Assembly: GCA_963784525.1 (NCBI GenBank)
Contig: CAWART010000015.1
Coordinates: forward strand, 1,672 to 65,671
DNA: 64,000 nt
Direction: 5' to 3'
From: Candidatus Aminicenantes bacterium
Lineage (GTDB): Bacteria; Acidobacteriota; Aminicenantia; Aminicenantales; Saccharicenantaceae
Positions 10,852-21,538 of this stretch are shown here, one piece after another. The translations under genes were made by a program, and so were the position numbers. The notes below the pieces were generated by a model. The model worked only from the letters and a program-made list of their open reading frames with translations, was not told where the DNA came from and made no database searches. Each line of letters starts with the position of its first letter. The first letter of the stretch is position 1.

Positions 10852-12072
10852 ATGAAGCCCGGAAAAACGGTCCGCAAGGTCCTGCGAGCGGCCCTGGCCG
10901 TGCTGGCGCTCTACGCGGCCTGGCTAGGCTATTCCGAGCTCTCCTTCCGGAGATATAAGAATCCGGACGGGGCGACGACGAACTCCGGCGGCCGCGTCAC
11001 GCGCGAGCTCCAGGGCGTCTATCACGTCCATACGACCTTCTCCGACGGGCACGCGACGGTCGACGAGGTCGCCGCCCGGGCGGCGCGCGAGGGCGTCGAT
11101 TTCGTCATCCTGACCGACCACGGCAATCCGAACCACGCCAGCCTCCGGGCCGCCGGCCGGCGCAAGGGCGTGCTCGTCCTCGCCGGCTCCGAGCTCAACG
11201 TCAATCGGGGGCACCTCGTGGCCATGGGCTTCCGGCCGCCGCCCGGCGAGGGGAAGCTCCCGTCGAAGGCCGAGGACGCCGTCGCCGCGGTCCGGGCCCT
11301 CGGAGGGTTCACCGTCATCGCCCACCCCTACTCGAAGGTCCGGTGGTCGTGGGGCGACTGGGGCGAATCGTCCGATTACTCGGGCATCGAGATCATCAAC
11401 GCCGACACGATGTTCAAGAATAATTATCGGCGGATCCTCGCCTATGCCCCGCTCCTCCTCCTCGGGTCCCGCCTGCCCCTCGTCCGGATGCTCGAGCACC
11501 CCGCCGCGAACCTCAAGCGCTGGGACCAGCGCGGCGCGAACGCCGCCATCGCCGGCTATTTCAGCGCGGACGCGCACCTTTATTATCGGGGGATCTTCGC
11601 CCTGCTCCGGCTCCATGTCCTGGTCGACGGGCCGGGCGGAGCCGACCGGGCCGATGCCGGCGCCGAAGAGGCCGTCATCTGGGACGCCCTCCGTCACGGC
11701 CGCTTCTACAACGCGGTCGAGGCGGTCGCGGACGCGCGCGGCTTCCGCTTCGACGCGGAGACGGTCCCGGGCAAGGGCGCCGGGACCGGGTCCCGCCGCG
11801 GGCGCGCCTACAGGATGGGCGACACGATCGCGCCCGGCGCGGCCGCGGCAGGCGCCGTCCTCTTCAAGGCGCGGGCGCCCCGCCCCTTCCGCAGGGAGAT
11901 CCGCCTCCTCCGCGACGGCCGCGTCATCGCCTTGACGGCCGGGGACGCCCTCCGCGCGCCGTCCGAGGGCCCCGGCGTGTACCGGGTCGAGGTCTACCTC
12001 AAGGAGAGATCCCCGCTCCGCGCGGACATCCCGTGGATCGTCTCCAACCCCATCTACCTGAGAAAGGAATGA
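10852..12072 (+). CDS. Membrane-anchored PHP-domain metallohydrolase
   Basis: N-terminal TM. Motifs HVHTTFSDG, LTDH, IAHP and ADAH. Confidence 0.8.
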   Translation: MKPGKTVRKVLRAALAVLALYAAWLGYSELSFRRYKNPDGATTNSGGRVTRELQGVYHVHTTFSDGHATVDEVAARAAREGVDFVILTDHGNPNHASLRAAGRRKGVLVLAGSELNVNRGHLVAMGFRPPPGEGKLPSKAEDAVAAVRALGGFTVIAHPYSKVRWSWGDWGESSDYSGIEIINADTMFKNNYRRILAYAPLLLLGSRLPLVRMLEHPAANLKRWDQRGANAAIAGYFSADAHLYYRGIFALLRLHVLVDGPGGADRADAGAEEAVIWDALRHGRFYNAVEAVADARGFRFDAETVPGKGAGTGSRRGRAYRMGDTIAPGAAAAGAVLFKARAPRPFRREIRLLRDGRVIALTAGDALRAPSEGPGVYRVEVYLKERSPLRADIPWIVSNPIYLRKE

Positions 12073-12076
12073 CGCC

Positions 12077-13039
12077 ATGACGAAAGCCGGCCGCCTGGAG
12101 AGGATCGTCCGAGGATTCCGCAACCGCCGGGTGCTCGTCCTCGGCGACCTGATGCTCGATACGTATATCTGGGGCACCGTGTCCCGCATCTCGCCCGAGG
12201 CGCCGGTGCCGGTCGTCGAGGTCGGTCACGATACGAAGTGCCTCGGCGGCGCGGGGAACGTCAGCCGCAACCTCGAGAGCCTGGGCGCGGCCCCGGTCAC
12301 GGCGGGCGTCGTCGGCCGGGACCCGGAGGGGCGGTGGATCCGCCGGCACGTCGCCGACGGGCGCGGCGTGTTCATGGACCCGAACCGGCCGACAACGGTC
12401 AAGACGCGGGTCATCGCCGGCCACCAGCAGGTCGTGCGCTTCGACAAGGAGCGGCGGCGGGCCGTGTCGGACGCGATGCGGAAGCGGCTGGCCGGTTTCG
12501 TCCGCAAAGAGGGCTGCCGGGGCATCATCCTTTCGGATTACGGGAAGGGCATCCTGACGCCGGAGCTCCTCGCCGAGGTCCTGCCCGCGGCCGCGGCCGC
12601 GGGGGCGATGGTCTTCGTCGACCCCAAGAACTCGAATATCCGCCTCTTCTCGCCGGTGACGCTCCTGACGCCCAACCATTTGGAGGCCGAACGGATCGTC
12701 GGGCACGAGTGCCGGACCGACGCCCAGGTCGAGCGGGCGGGCGGCGAGATCCTGGAGCTCGTCCGGAGCCGCTACCTCATCCTCAAGAGGGGCGAGCAGG
12801 GGATGTCGGTCTTCGAGGGGGGGAAGGCCCCGGTCCACATCCCGACGGTGGCCCGCGAGGTGTTCGACGTCACCGGCGCGGGTGACACGGTCATCGCGAC
12901 GGCCGCCCTCGCCCTGCTCGCCGGGGCGACCCTCCTCGAGGCGGCGATCCTCGCCAACGCCGGGGCCGGGGTCGTCGTCGGCAAGATCGGGACGGCCGCG
13001 GTGACCCCCGAAGAGCTCCTGGGAGGGATCGGCTCCTGA
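12077..13039 (+). CDS. rfaE1: D-glycero-beta-D-manno-heptose-7-phosphate kinase (HldA/RfaE1)
   Basis: GDLMLD...RISPEAPVPV, SDYGKG and DVTGAGDTV. Confidence 0.93.
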   Translation: MTKAGRLERIVRGFRNRRVLVLGDLMLDTYIWGTVSRISPEAPVPVVEVGHDTKCLGGAGNVSRNLESLGAAPVTAGVVGRDPEGRWIRRHVADGRGVFMDPNRPTTVKTRVIAGHQQVVRFDKERRRAVSDAMRKRLAGFVRKEGCRGIILSDYGKGILTPELLAEVLPAAAAAGAMVFVDPKNSNIRLFSPVTLLTPNHLEAERIVGHECRTDAQVERAGGEILELVRSRYLILKRGEQGMSVFEGGKAPVHIPTVAREVFDVTGAGDTVIATAALALLAGATLLEAAILANAGAGVVVGKIGTAAVTPEELLGGIGS

Positions 13040-13089
13040 GGGCCGGCGCTCCCGTCCAAAGTTAGGGCCTGACCCCCCGGCCGGCTTTC

Positions 13090-13098
13090 TGCTATAAT
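13090..13098 (+). promoter_or_regulatory. Extended -10 promoter of purF (probably leaderless)
   Basis: TGcTATAAT 6 nt upstream of ATG 13105; no Shine-Dalgarno. Confidence 0.55.
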
Positions 13099-13104
13099 CA
13101 TCCC

Positions 13105-14573
13105 ATGTGCGGAGTCATCGGGATTTGGGCCAACGACCATATCGTCCGCGACATGTACCAGGGCCTGCTGGCCATGCAGCACCGGGGACAGGACGCGGCG
13201 GGGATCATCACCTTCGACGGCCGGTTCCACACGAAGAAGGGGAACGGGCTCGTCCGCGACATCTTCACGGCCGAGAACATCCAGCGCCTTCGGGGGAACG
13301 TCGGCATCGGCCACACCCGCTACCCGACGGTCGGCGGGGGCGGCGGCGAGGACGCCCAGCCCTTCCAGGTCAACTCGCCGTTCGGCATCATCATGGCCCA
13401 CAACGGGAACGTCACGAACTACAAGGAGCTCAAGGAAGAGCTCTTCGAGAAGTACCACCGCCTGCTCAATTCGGACTGCGACGTCGAGGTCATCCTCAAC
13501 GTCTTCGCCCAGGAGCTCGGCGAGCAGAAGACGCGGGACCTCCGGCCGGAGCACATCTTCAAGGCGGTCGAAGGCGTCTACCGGAAGGTTCGGGGAGCTA
13601 CTCGGTCGTCGTCTACGTCGCCGAGCAGGGGCTGGTCGCGTTCCGCGACCCGTTCGGCATCAAGCCGCTGGTCTACGGCACGCGGAATGACGGGCTCCTC
13701 CCCTCGGTCGCCGTGGCCTCCGAGACGGTCAGCCTGAACCTCATGAACTTCGGCAATATCAAGAGCATCGAGCCGGGCCAGGCCGTGTTCTTCGACAAGG
13801 ACCGGAAGGTCCATACGAAGCGCCTGTCCAACGGCCGCCACACCCCCTGCCTGTTCGAGTGGGTCTATTTCGCCCGGCCGGACTCCATCATCGACAACGC
13901 GAACGTCTACAAGGTCCGGGTCAATCTGGGCCGGTTCCTGGCGGCCGAGATCCGGCGGCGCAAGATCCCCATCGACGTCGTCGTGCCCGTGCCGGACTCG
14001 GCCCGCGACGCGGCCATCGAGATCGCCCGGAAGCTCGACCTGAAATACAGCGAGGCGCTGGTCAAGAACCGGTACGTCGGCCGGACGTTCATCATGCCCG
14101 CCGACGACAAGCGGAAGAGCTCGGTGCGCCAGAAGCTCAACCCCATCGCCTCCGAGGTCAAGGGCAAGCGCGTCCTCCTCGTCGACGACAGCATCGTCCG
14201 GGGCAACACGTCCCGGGCCATCATCGAGATGATCCGGGAGTGCGGTGCGAAGAAGGTCTACCTGGCGTCGTACTCGCCCCCGCTCCGGTTCCCCTGCGTC
14301 TACGGCATCGACATGCAGTCGAAGACCGAGTTCGTGGCCAGGAACGCCGACGAAGCGACGGTGGCGAAGCGGATCGGCGCGGACAAGGTCATCTACCAGA
14401 GCCTCGACGCCCTGAAGCGGGCCGTCATGCTCGAGAATCCCAAGCTCACCGAGTTCTGCGCCGCCTGCTTCGACGGCGTCTACCCGACCGGCGACATTTC
14501 GGCCGAGCTGCTGAACGAGATCGAGAAGGAGCGGGCCCACGCCCGGGACGACCAGCTGGAACTGAACATCTGA
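13105..14573 (+). CDS. purF: Amidophosphoribosyltransferase (frameshift near 13595)
   Basis: MCGVIG, QHRGQD, GHTRYPT, HNGN, CLFEWVYFARPDS and VLLVDDSIVRGNT, split over two ORFs. Confidence 0.95.
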
Positions 14574-14588
14574 GCCGAAGGAGGCGCG

Positions 14589-15545
14589 ATGCGCGTACTG
14601 ATCACCGGAATCACCGGGTTCGCCGGGAGCCACCTGGCGGAATATATCCTCGCCAATCATCCCGACGCCGAGGTCTTCGGCGTCGTTCGCTGGCGGAGCC
14701 GGATGGACAACATCGTTCAGATCCGGGACAAGGTCCGGCTCATCGAGGCCGACATCAAGGACATGGTCTCCCTCCGGGCCGCCCTGGCCGAATCGAAGCC
14801 CGACCGCATCTTCCACCTCGCCGCGCAGAGCTTCGTCCCCACATCGTGGACCTGCCCGGCCGAAACGTTCGCCATCAACGCCATCGGCGAGATCAACCTG
14901 TTCGAGGCCGCGCTGGCCCTCGACCTCAAGCCCAGGATCCAGGTCGCCGGCTCGAGCGAGGAGTACGGGCAGGTCTTTTCCGACGAGATCCCGATGAAGG
15001 AGACCAATCCCCTCCGGCCGCTGAGCCCGTACGCCGTGAGCAAGGTCGCCCAGGACCTTCTGGCCTTCCAATACTACAAGAGCTACGGGCTGAGGACGGT
15101 CCGAACGCGCGGTTTCAACCATACCGGGCCGCGGCGGGGCGAGGTCTTCGTCACCTCTTCGTTCGCCAAGCAGATCGCCGAGATCGAGAAGAAGAAGCGG
15201 CCGCCGGTCATCTACGTCGGCAACCTCGAGGCCAAACGCGACTTCACCGACGTCCGCGACATGGTCCGGGCCTACTGGCTGGCCCTGGAACGCGGGGTCG
15301 AAGGCGAGGTCTACAACATCGGGCGCGGCCAGGCCTTCTCGATGCAGGAGGTCCTCGACCTGCTGATGTCCCTCAGCCGGGCCAGGATGGAGGTCAAGGT
15401 CGACCCGGCGCGGCTCCGGCCGTCGGACGTGCCCGTCCTGCTCGCCGACAGCTCGAAGTTCATGGGACTGACCGGCTGGCGGCCGATGATCCCGTTCAAG
15501 CAGACGATCCTCGACCTGCTGAACTATTGGCGGGAGCGGGTCTAG
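14589..15545 (+). CDS. GDP-mannose 4,6-dehydratase / GDP-4-keto-6-deoxymannose reductase (Rmd)-like SDR
   Basis: ITGITGFAGSHL, HLAAQSFV, GSSEEYG, SPYAVSK and GNLEAKRDFTDVRD. Confidence 0.88.
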   Translation: MRVLITGITGFAGSHLAEYILANHPDAEVFGVVRWRSRMDNIVQIRDKVRLIEADIKDMVSLRAALAESKPDRIFHLAAQSFVPTSWTCPAETFAINAIGEINLFEAALALDLKPRIQVAGSSEEYGQVFSDEIPMKETNPLRPLSPYAVSKVAQDLLAFQYYKSYGLRTVRTRGFNHTGPRRGEVFVTSSFAKQIAEIEKKKRPPVIYVGNLEAKRDFTDVRDMVRAYWLALERGVEGEVYNIGRGQAFSMQEVLDLLMSLSRARMEVKVDPARLRPSDVPVLLADSSKFMGLTGWRPMIPFKQTILDLLNYWRERV

Positions 15546-15546
15546 T

Positions 15547-16557
15547 ATGAACGTTCTGATCACCGGCATCACGGGGTTCGTCGGGGGGCACCTCGCCAGG
15601 GCTCTTGACGCGACGCCGGAGGCGCCCGTCGTTTTCGGCACGACCTTCCCCCAGGCCTCGCCGGCCGGCGCCGGCAGCGTTCATTACCTCGACCTCCGGA
15701 TCGAATGCGACGTCCGCGCCCTCGTCCGCCGGATCCGCCCGGACCGGGTGTTCCATCTGGCGGCGGTTTCCAACGTCCGCAGTTCATGGCAGGCGCGGCA
15801 CGAGACCCTCGAAACCAACATCCTGGGCACGCACAACCTGCTCGAGGCCGTCCGGCTGGAGGCACCGCGGGCGCGCGTCCTGTTCGTCAGCTCGTCGGAC
15901 GTCTACGGCGTCGCCGCGGAGGGGGAAGCGCCCCTGTCCGAGGACCGGCAGGTCCGGGTCACCAATCCGTACGCCTACTCGAAGGCGGCCGGCGAGATGA
16001 TGTGCGGTTTCTACGAGAGGATCGAGGACCTGGATATCGTCGTCGCCCGTCCGTTCCCGCATACCGGGCCCGGACAGGCCCCGGATTTCGTCTGCGCCGA
16101 CTGGGCGCGGCAGATCGTCGGCATCGAGCGCGGCGAAGCGGAGCCGGTCCTGCGCGTCGGGAACCTCGACGTGAGGCGCGATTTCAGCGACGTCCGGGAC
16201 GTCGTCGAGGCCTATGCGGCCCTCATGCAGAAGGGAAGGCGCGGCGAGGTCTACAACGTCTGCTCCGGCAGGGCGCTCGCTTTGCGCGAGGTCCTGGATT
16301 TCCTGCTCGGCGAGGCGCGGCCGGAGGCGCAAGCGGCCGGTTCGGACACAGGAACGGGAAAGGGCAGGGGCTCCTCGGAGGCCTCCCCGATCCGCATCGA
16401 GGTCGATCCCGCCAAGCTCCGGAAGACCGATACCCCGCTTCTCATCGGCGACAACAGCAAGATCATCGCGGCGACCGGCTGGTCCCCCCGTATCCCCATC
16501 GCCCGGACCCTTCGGGACCTTCTCGGCCGCCCGGGCCCGGTAATGTTGAATAGTTGA
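15547..16557 (+). CDS. Second Rmd/Gmd-like SDR (tandem paralog)
   Basis: ITGITGFVGGHL, SSSDVYG, NPYAYSK and GNLDVRRDFSDVRD. Confidence 0.85.
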   Translation: MNVLITGITGFVGGHLARALDATPEAPVVFGTTFPQASPAGAGSVHYLDLRIECDVRALVRRIRPDRVFHLAAVSNVRSSWQARHETLETNILGTHNLLEAVRLEAPRARVLFVSSSDVYGVAAEGEAPLSEDRQVRVTNPYAYSKAAGEMMCGFYERIEDLDIVVARPFPHTGPGQAPDFVCADWARQIVGIERGEAEPVLRVGNLDVRRDFSDVRDVVEAYAALMQKGRRGEVYNVCSGRALALREVLDFLLGEARPEAQAAGSDTGTGKGRGSSEASPIRIEVDPAKLRKTDTPLLIGDNSKIIAATGWSPRIPIARTLRDLLGRPGPVMLNS

Positions 16558-16569
16558 GACCTGGCCCCT
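16542..16569 (-). repeat. GGGGTCAGG-family repeat copy between convergent genes
   Basis: Reverse complement aggggccaggtctcaactattcaacatt; it contains the stop codon of the 15547..16557 gene. Confidence 0.65.
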
Positions 16570-17579
16570 CAGCGGCGGTCCTTGTAGTAGTGCTCGTAGA
16601 AGGCCTTGAATTCGCCGTTGCGGTTCTTGATGGCTTCCCACCAGGAGCGATGGCCCTCGTACCAGCGGACGGTGGCCTCGAGGCCGGCGTCGAACGGCGT
16701 CTCCGGCGCCCAGCCCAGGGCGCGGATCTTCGTCCAGTCGACGGCGTAGCGGCGGTCGTGGCCGAGGCGGTCGGGGACGAGCCGGATGAGGTCGCGCGGC
16801 TTCCGGAGCAGGTCGCAGATGCGCCCGGCGACCTCGATGTTCCTCACCTCGTTGCCCGCGCCGATGTTGTACGCCTCGCCCGCCGCGCCCCGGCGCGCCG
16901 CGATCTCGATGGCCCGACAGTTGTCGACGACGTGAAGCCAGTCGCGGACGTTGGTCCCCTGCCCATAGAGCGGGAGCGCCTTCCCCTCCAGGGCGTTGGT
17001 CACGAACAGCGGGATGAACTTCTCCGGATACTGATAGGGCCCGTAGTTGTTGCTGGGCCGGACGACGACGATCGGCAGGCCGTAGGTCACGTGGTAGGCG
17101 TAGGCCAGGCGGTCGGCCCCGGCCTTGCTGGCGGCGTAGGGCGAGGACGGCGCGACCGGGTCGGTCTCGCGGAAGAAGCCCTCGTCGCGACTGCCGTAGA
17201 CCTCGTCGGTCGAGATGTGGACGAAGAATGCGACGTGCGGCGACGCCTTGAGCGCCTCGAACAGGACGTAGCTCCCGTGGACATCGGTCAGGACGAACTC
17301 CCCGGCGTCGACGATGGAGCGGTCGACGTGCGTCTCGGCGGCGAAATGGACGACCCCCTGGACGCGCGGAAAGAGGCGGGCGACGAGGTCGCGGTCGCGG
17401 ATGTCTCCGTGGACGAACTCGTAACGCGGGTCGGCCTCGACATCGCGCAGGTTCTCGAGGTTCCCGGCGTAGGTCAGCTTGTCGAGGTTGATGACGCGGA
17501 CCCCCGCGTGGCGCCCGAGGATGTGACGGATGAAGTTGCTGCCGATGAAGCCGGCGCCGCCCGTAACAAGGAGGGTCAT
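16569..17579 (-). CDS. rfbB: dTDP-glucose 4,6-dehydratase
   Basis: LVTGGAGFIGSNF, DKLTYAGN, AAETHVDRSI, STDEVYG and PYAASKA. Confidence 0.96.
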   Translation of the reverse strand: MTLLVTGGAGFIGSNFIRHILGRHAGVRVINLDKLTYAGNLENLRDVEADPRYEFVHGDIRDRDLVARLFPRVQGVVHFAAETHVDRSIVDAGEFVLTDVHGSYVLFEALKASPHVAFFVHISTDEVYGSRDEGFFRETDPVAPSSPYAASKAGADRLAYAYHVTYGLPIVVVRPSNNYGPYQYPEKFIPLFVTNALEGKALPLYGQGTNVRDWLHVVDNCRAIEIAARRGAAGEAYNIGAGNEVRNIEVAGRICDLLRKPRDLIRLVPDRLGHDRRYAVDWTKIRALGWAPETPFDAGLEATVRWYEGHRSWWEAIKNRNGEFKAFYEHYYKDRR

Positions 17580-17652
17580 GCTCAAATTGCGTTCGCTATA
17601 GGGTCTCCTAAATCGTCTCAGGCCTTGGCTGAGCTTCGGGCCCGGGATGACC

Positions 17653-18123
17653 TCAGCCGTCCTTCCTGGTCCAGTCGTACGGGATGCTCTTGTCATGGGC
17701 GTCGAGGCGCTGTTCGTCCGGCGCAGCGTGGACGTAGACCTCGGTCGGCACGTTGACGATGACCGCTTCCTCCGGGCTGACGCACATCCAGCCGTGGTGG
17801 ATGCCGGCCGGGATCTGGAGCAGGGCCGGGTTGTGGACGCCGATGTAGAACTGCTGGACCTGGCCGCGCGTCGGGGATTTCTCCCGCCCGTCGTAAAGGG
17901 CCACCTTGATCATCCCCGCGACGCAGGCGATGTTGTCCGTCTGCTTCATGTGCTTGTGCCAGGCCTTGACGACGCCGGGGTAGGTCGTCGTGACGTAGAC
18001 CTGACCGAATCCCAGGAACAGCTCATCGTCCTTCCGGAGGATCTCGGTCAGGCGGCCCCGTTCGTCGGGCATGACCCTGAGCTTCTTCAACCTGACGCCG
18101 TCGATCATGTTCGCCTCCGTCAT
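17653..18123 (-). CDS. rfbC: dTDP-4-dehydrorhamnose 3,5-epimerase family (cupin)
   Basis: PDERGRLTE, YPGVVKAWHKH and IPAGIHHG. Confidence 0.88.
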   Translation of the reverse strand: MTEANMIDGVRLKKLRVMPDERGRLTEILRKDDELFLGFGQVYVTTTYPGVVKAWHKHMKQTDNIACVAGMIKVALYDGREKSPTRGQVQQFYIGVHNPALLQIPAGIHHGWMCVSPEEAVIVNVPTEVYVHAAPDEQRLDAHDKSIPYDWTRKDG

Positions 18124-19187
18124 TTGATCCCGATCTCGCTCTTGTCCCCGACCATGAACCTGTAGGCCGAGGGCTTGGGCGGGCACTTGTAGATCCGCAC
18201 CCCGCGCCCGATGAGGCTTTCGTCGATCCGCGCGCCCACGTCCTCGATCGTGCTCCCTTCGAGCACGATGCTGTGCTCGATCTCCGTGCCGACGATGCGG
18301 CAACGGGGCTCGATCGACGTGAACGGCCCGACGTACGCGTCGCGGAGCTCCGTCCCGGCCCCGACGATCGCCGGCCCGCGGATGATGCTGTTCCGGACGA
18401 TCACCCCGGCCTCGAGGACCACGTTCCCGTTGATCCGCGACGCCTCGTCCACGTCGCCCTCGATCTTGCCCGCCATCCCCTCCAGGATCAGCCGGTTGGC
18501 CTCCAGGATGTCCTCGATCTTCCCCGTGTCCTTCCACCACCCCCGGACGAGGTGCGGTTGGACCTCGTAACCGTGGTCGACCAGGTATTGGATGGCGTCG
18601 GTGATCTCGAGCTCGCCCCTCGGCGACGGCTTGATGGCCTCGGCCGCCTCGAAGATGTGCTCGTCGAACATGTACACGCCGACCAGGGCCAGGTCGCTCT
18701 TCGGCGCGTCCGGCTTCTCGACGAGGCGGGCGACGCGCCCGTCCGCCCGCAGTTCCGCGACCCCGAACATCTTCGGGTCCGGCACGGGCGTCAGCAGGAT
18801 GAGCGAATTCGGCCGGCTCTCCCGGAACTTGGCAACAAGGGACGTGATGCCGCTTTTCAGGATGTTGTCCCCGAGGTACATGACGAAGGCGTCGCGCCCG
18901 AGGAACCCGCGGGCCGTCAGGACGGCGTGGGCCAGGCCGAGCGGCGCCTCCTGCTCGATGTACGTGATGCGCAGGCCCCAGCGCGACCCGTCCCCGCAGG
19001 CCGCCCGGATCTCGTCCCGGGTGTCCCCGACGATGATGCCCACCTCGGTGATACCGGCGTCGCGCAGGGCCTCGATCCCGTAGAAGAGGACCGGCTTGTT
19101 CGCGACCGGAACGAGCTGTTTGGCCTGGGTGAACGTCAGCGGCCTCAGCCGCGTGCCCTTGCCCCCGCTCAGGATCAAGCCTTTCAA
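18120..19187 (-). CDS. rfbA: Glucose-1-phosphate thymidylyltransferase (long form)
   Basis: GLILSGGKGTRLRPLT...KQLVPVANKP, YLGDN and RGELEITDA. Confidence 0.94.
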   Translation of the reverse strand: MKGLILSGGKGTRLRPLTFTQAKQLVPVANKPVLFYGIEALRDAGITEVGIIVGDTRDEIRAACGDGSRWGLRITYIEQEAPLGLAHAVLTARGFLGRDAFVMYLGDNILKSGITSLVAKFRESRPNSLILLTPVPDPKMFGVAELRADGRVARLVEKPDAPKSDLALVGVYMFDEHIFEAAEAIKPSPRGELEITDAIQYLVDHGYEVQPHLVRGWWKDTGKIEDILEANRLILEGMAGKIEGDVDEASRINGNVVLEAGVIVRNSIIRGPAIVGAGTELRDAYVGPFTSIEPRCRIVGTEIEHSIVLEGSTIEDVGARIDESLIGRGVRIYKCPPKPSAYRFMVGDKSEIGIK

Positions 19188-21443
19188 AATCCCAGCCCTC
19201 CCAGGAAATCCGTCGTCTTCCCGATGTTCCCCAACCCCAGCGAGAACTTGATCTGGGTCTCGGGCTTCGACCGAAAGTAGAATACCTTGAGCTCGAACTC
19301 GAAATCAAGGCATTGATAATGATAGACAGCGCTCGAGGCGAGGTACAGGAGCTTTCGCTCCTTGACGTTGTAGTCGCATTCCGCCAGCAGGTCGATCGGA
19401 AGCTTCGGGACCTTGATGCCCGCCGAGGCCCCGATCTGATGCCGGTTCCCGAACACGGAGCTGACCTCGTCGCGGTACCACGCCCTCGAGCTCTTGAACC
19501 AGCTCAGCGACGCGAACCGCCCCGACATCCGCGACCCCGCGTTCGCGCTCAGCCGCAGGCTCGTCAGGCGGCTGTAGTACGGGTTGTACTCGGCCGACAT
19601 GTCCAGGCTATACCGCCCCGCCGGGTAGATCCGCAGGCGCCCCTGGACCTCGGAGAAGCGCGGCACCTTCCCGTCGACCTTGAACAGGCTCAGCGGGCCC
19701 ACCTCGGGCGCGAGATAGAACGTTTCGCTCAGCCCCACCTGGACGAGCTCCCGCGGCTGGTCGTTGGCGTCCTTGACATAGAACCTGTTCGTGAGCCCGT
19801 ACTCGATCTGGTGATAACGGAAGAAATAGGCGTACGTCGTGATGATGCGCTGCGACTCCGGGATGGGGCTGTCGTAGCGATAGCTCGCGTACGGCTCGAT
19901 GCTGTGCTTGAAGATCGGGTCCCCCCGGCCGTTCCGGTAGACCTTCGCGAACACCGGCCCGATGACCTCGGCCGTGACCGAGGCGCTCTTGGTGAAGAGC
20001 GGCTCGTCGACGACCTTCGTCGTCCCCGGCGCGTAGCTCTCCGGGTAATAGACGAAATTCCCCGTGACGGCCGTGTTCACCGTCAGCCAGGGGATCGCCG
20101 TGAACGGGGCCGAAAGCGTCGGGGCGAACGACAGGCTCCCGGCCTTCCTCTGCTTCCCCTTGTCGTAGTCCTGCTGCCAGCCGTATTCCTGGCGGCTGTA
20201 GCCCGACGCGAAGGACGCATGCAGCGGCCCGAGGAGCTTGACCTTGAACATGCTGAAGTTGATCTGCGGCAGGCTCTTGCTGATGATCGACCGGCCGAGC
20301 CCAAGCTGGCCGAAATTGGTCTCGAACTTCGAGACGCGCGCGCTCAGATTGAAGTAGGACCACGACCTCTGGAGGTAGACCTGGGAGCGGCGGTTCGAGA
20401 CGATGGCCCGGCGGAAGTTGTTGTCGAACTCGCGGAGGAAGTCGTAGGACGACTGGAGGTCGACGTCCGCGACCAGGGTGAAGCCGAGCGGCAGGGGCTG
20501 GTTGTGGTTGAGGCGGAGGATATAGGCGTTCTCCTGCTTCTCCCCGGAGGCGTCGCGCTTGAACGTGAAGCCGTAGAGGTTGGCTTCGCCGCCCGTCCCG
20601 CCGCGGAAGAGGTACCGGAAGTCCAGCCCGCCGCCGACGCCGCGCGCCGCGTAGTAGTCCAGGTTGACCGTCGCGTCCATGTTGCGGGCGATGGCCCAGT
20701 AGAAGCCCTGCTGGTAGTTGAAGCCCTTCTGGTCCCGACCAGCCGATCCTGGGGATGAGGAAGCCGGTCGCCCGGTCCCGGCCGACGGGGTAGCGCATGT
20801 AGGGCATGTAGAAGACAGGGACCTTCTTGATGTGGAACACGGCGTTCCACATCTCGACGTAATCGTCCTTCCGGAAGTTCGCCCGGGAGGCGTCGAACCG
20901 CCAGCGCGGCACGGGCTGGGAGCAGGACGTGATCCGGGCCTCGAGGAGCCCGTAGAGGTTCCCCGCCTTCCGCTCGATCGACGCGGCGCGATAGAAGATG
21001 GTAGGGCTGGACCATGCCGTCCGCCTTGACCAGCGTTCCCTCCTTCGTCTCGAGGTTGATGCGGACCTCCTCGGCGGTCACCGACTCGTCGGGGAGCTGG
21101 ATCGTGACGTTGCCCGTGGCCAGGCAGTCCTTGGTCTCGGTGTCGATCTCGACCCTGTCCGCGAAGAGCCGGAGGTCCTTGTAGCGGATCTCGACGTTGC
21201 CGGCGAGGAAGATGCGGTCCTTCGTCTTCTCCTGGGTGCGGGCGTAGACGGTGATATCCTCCGCGCCCTTGGCGGGCTCGGCCTGGGGTGCGGCGGGCGG
21301 CGGAGGGGCCTCGACCGTCTGGGCCTCCGGGGTCTGGGCCGCGGAGGGGGCGGAAGACGACAAGAAGGAGAACGGCCGGAACGGCGCGCGCAGACCGCCT
21401 TCAGGGCCGCCGGGAACACCGCATATCGGGTCCGTCCTCGCAT
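19184..21443 (-). CDS. lptD: LPS-assembly protein LptD (several frameshifts)
   Basis: OstA-like N-domain (GNVEIRYKDLRLFADRV), PRWRF...PYMRYP...RATGFLIP, then a beta-barrel ending LGLGNIG...LGF, spread over ORFs 20344..21363, 19608..20912 and 19184..20680. Confidence 0.85.
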
Positions 21444-21538
21444 GGGGTTCATTATATCATCCGTATGTCAGATTCAACAGCCGGGCTCCCCCGTTGGTTG
21501 CGCTTGACAAGGCCGGGGCTGCGGGGCCTAAAAAGGAG

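Noticed and set aside
14548-14573. Beta-clamp-like QLEL motif at the PurF C-terminus
   Set aside because: It does not match QL[SD]LF well and has no functional rationale; likely chance.
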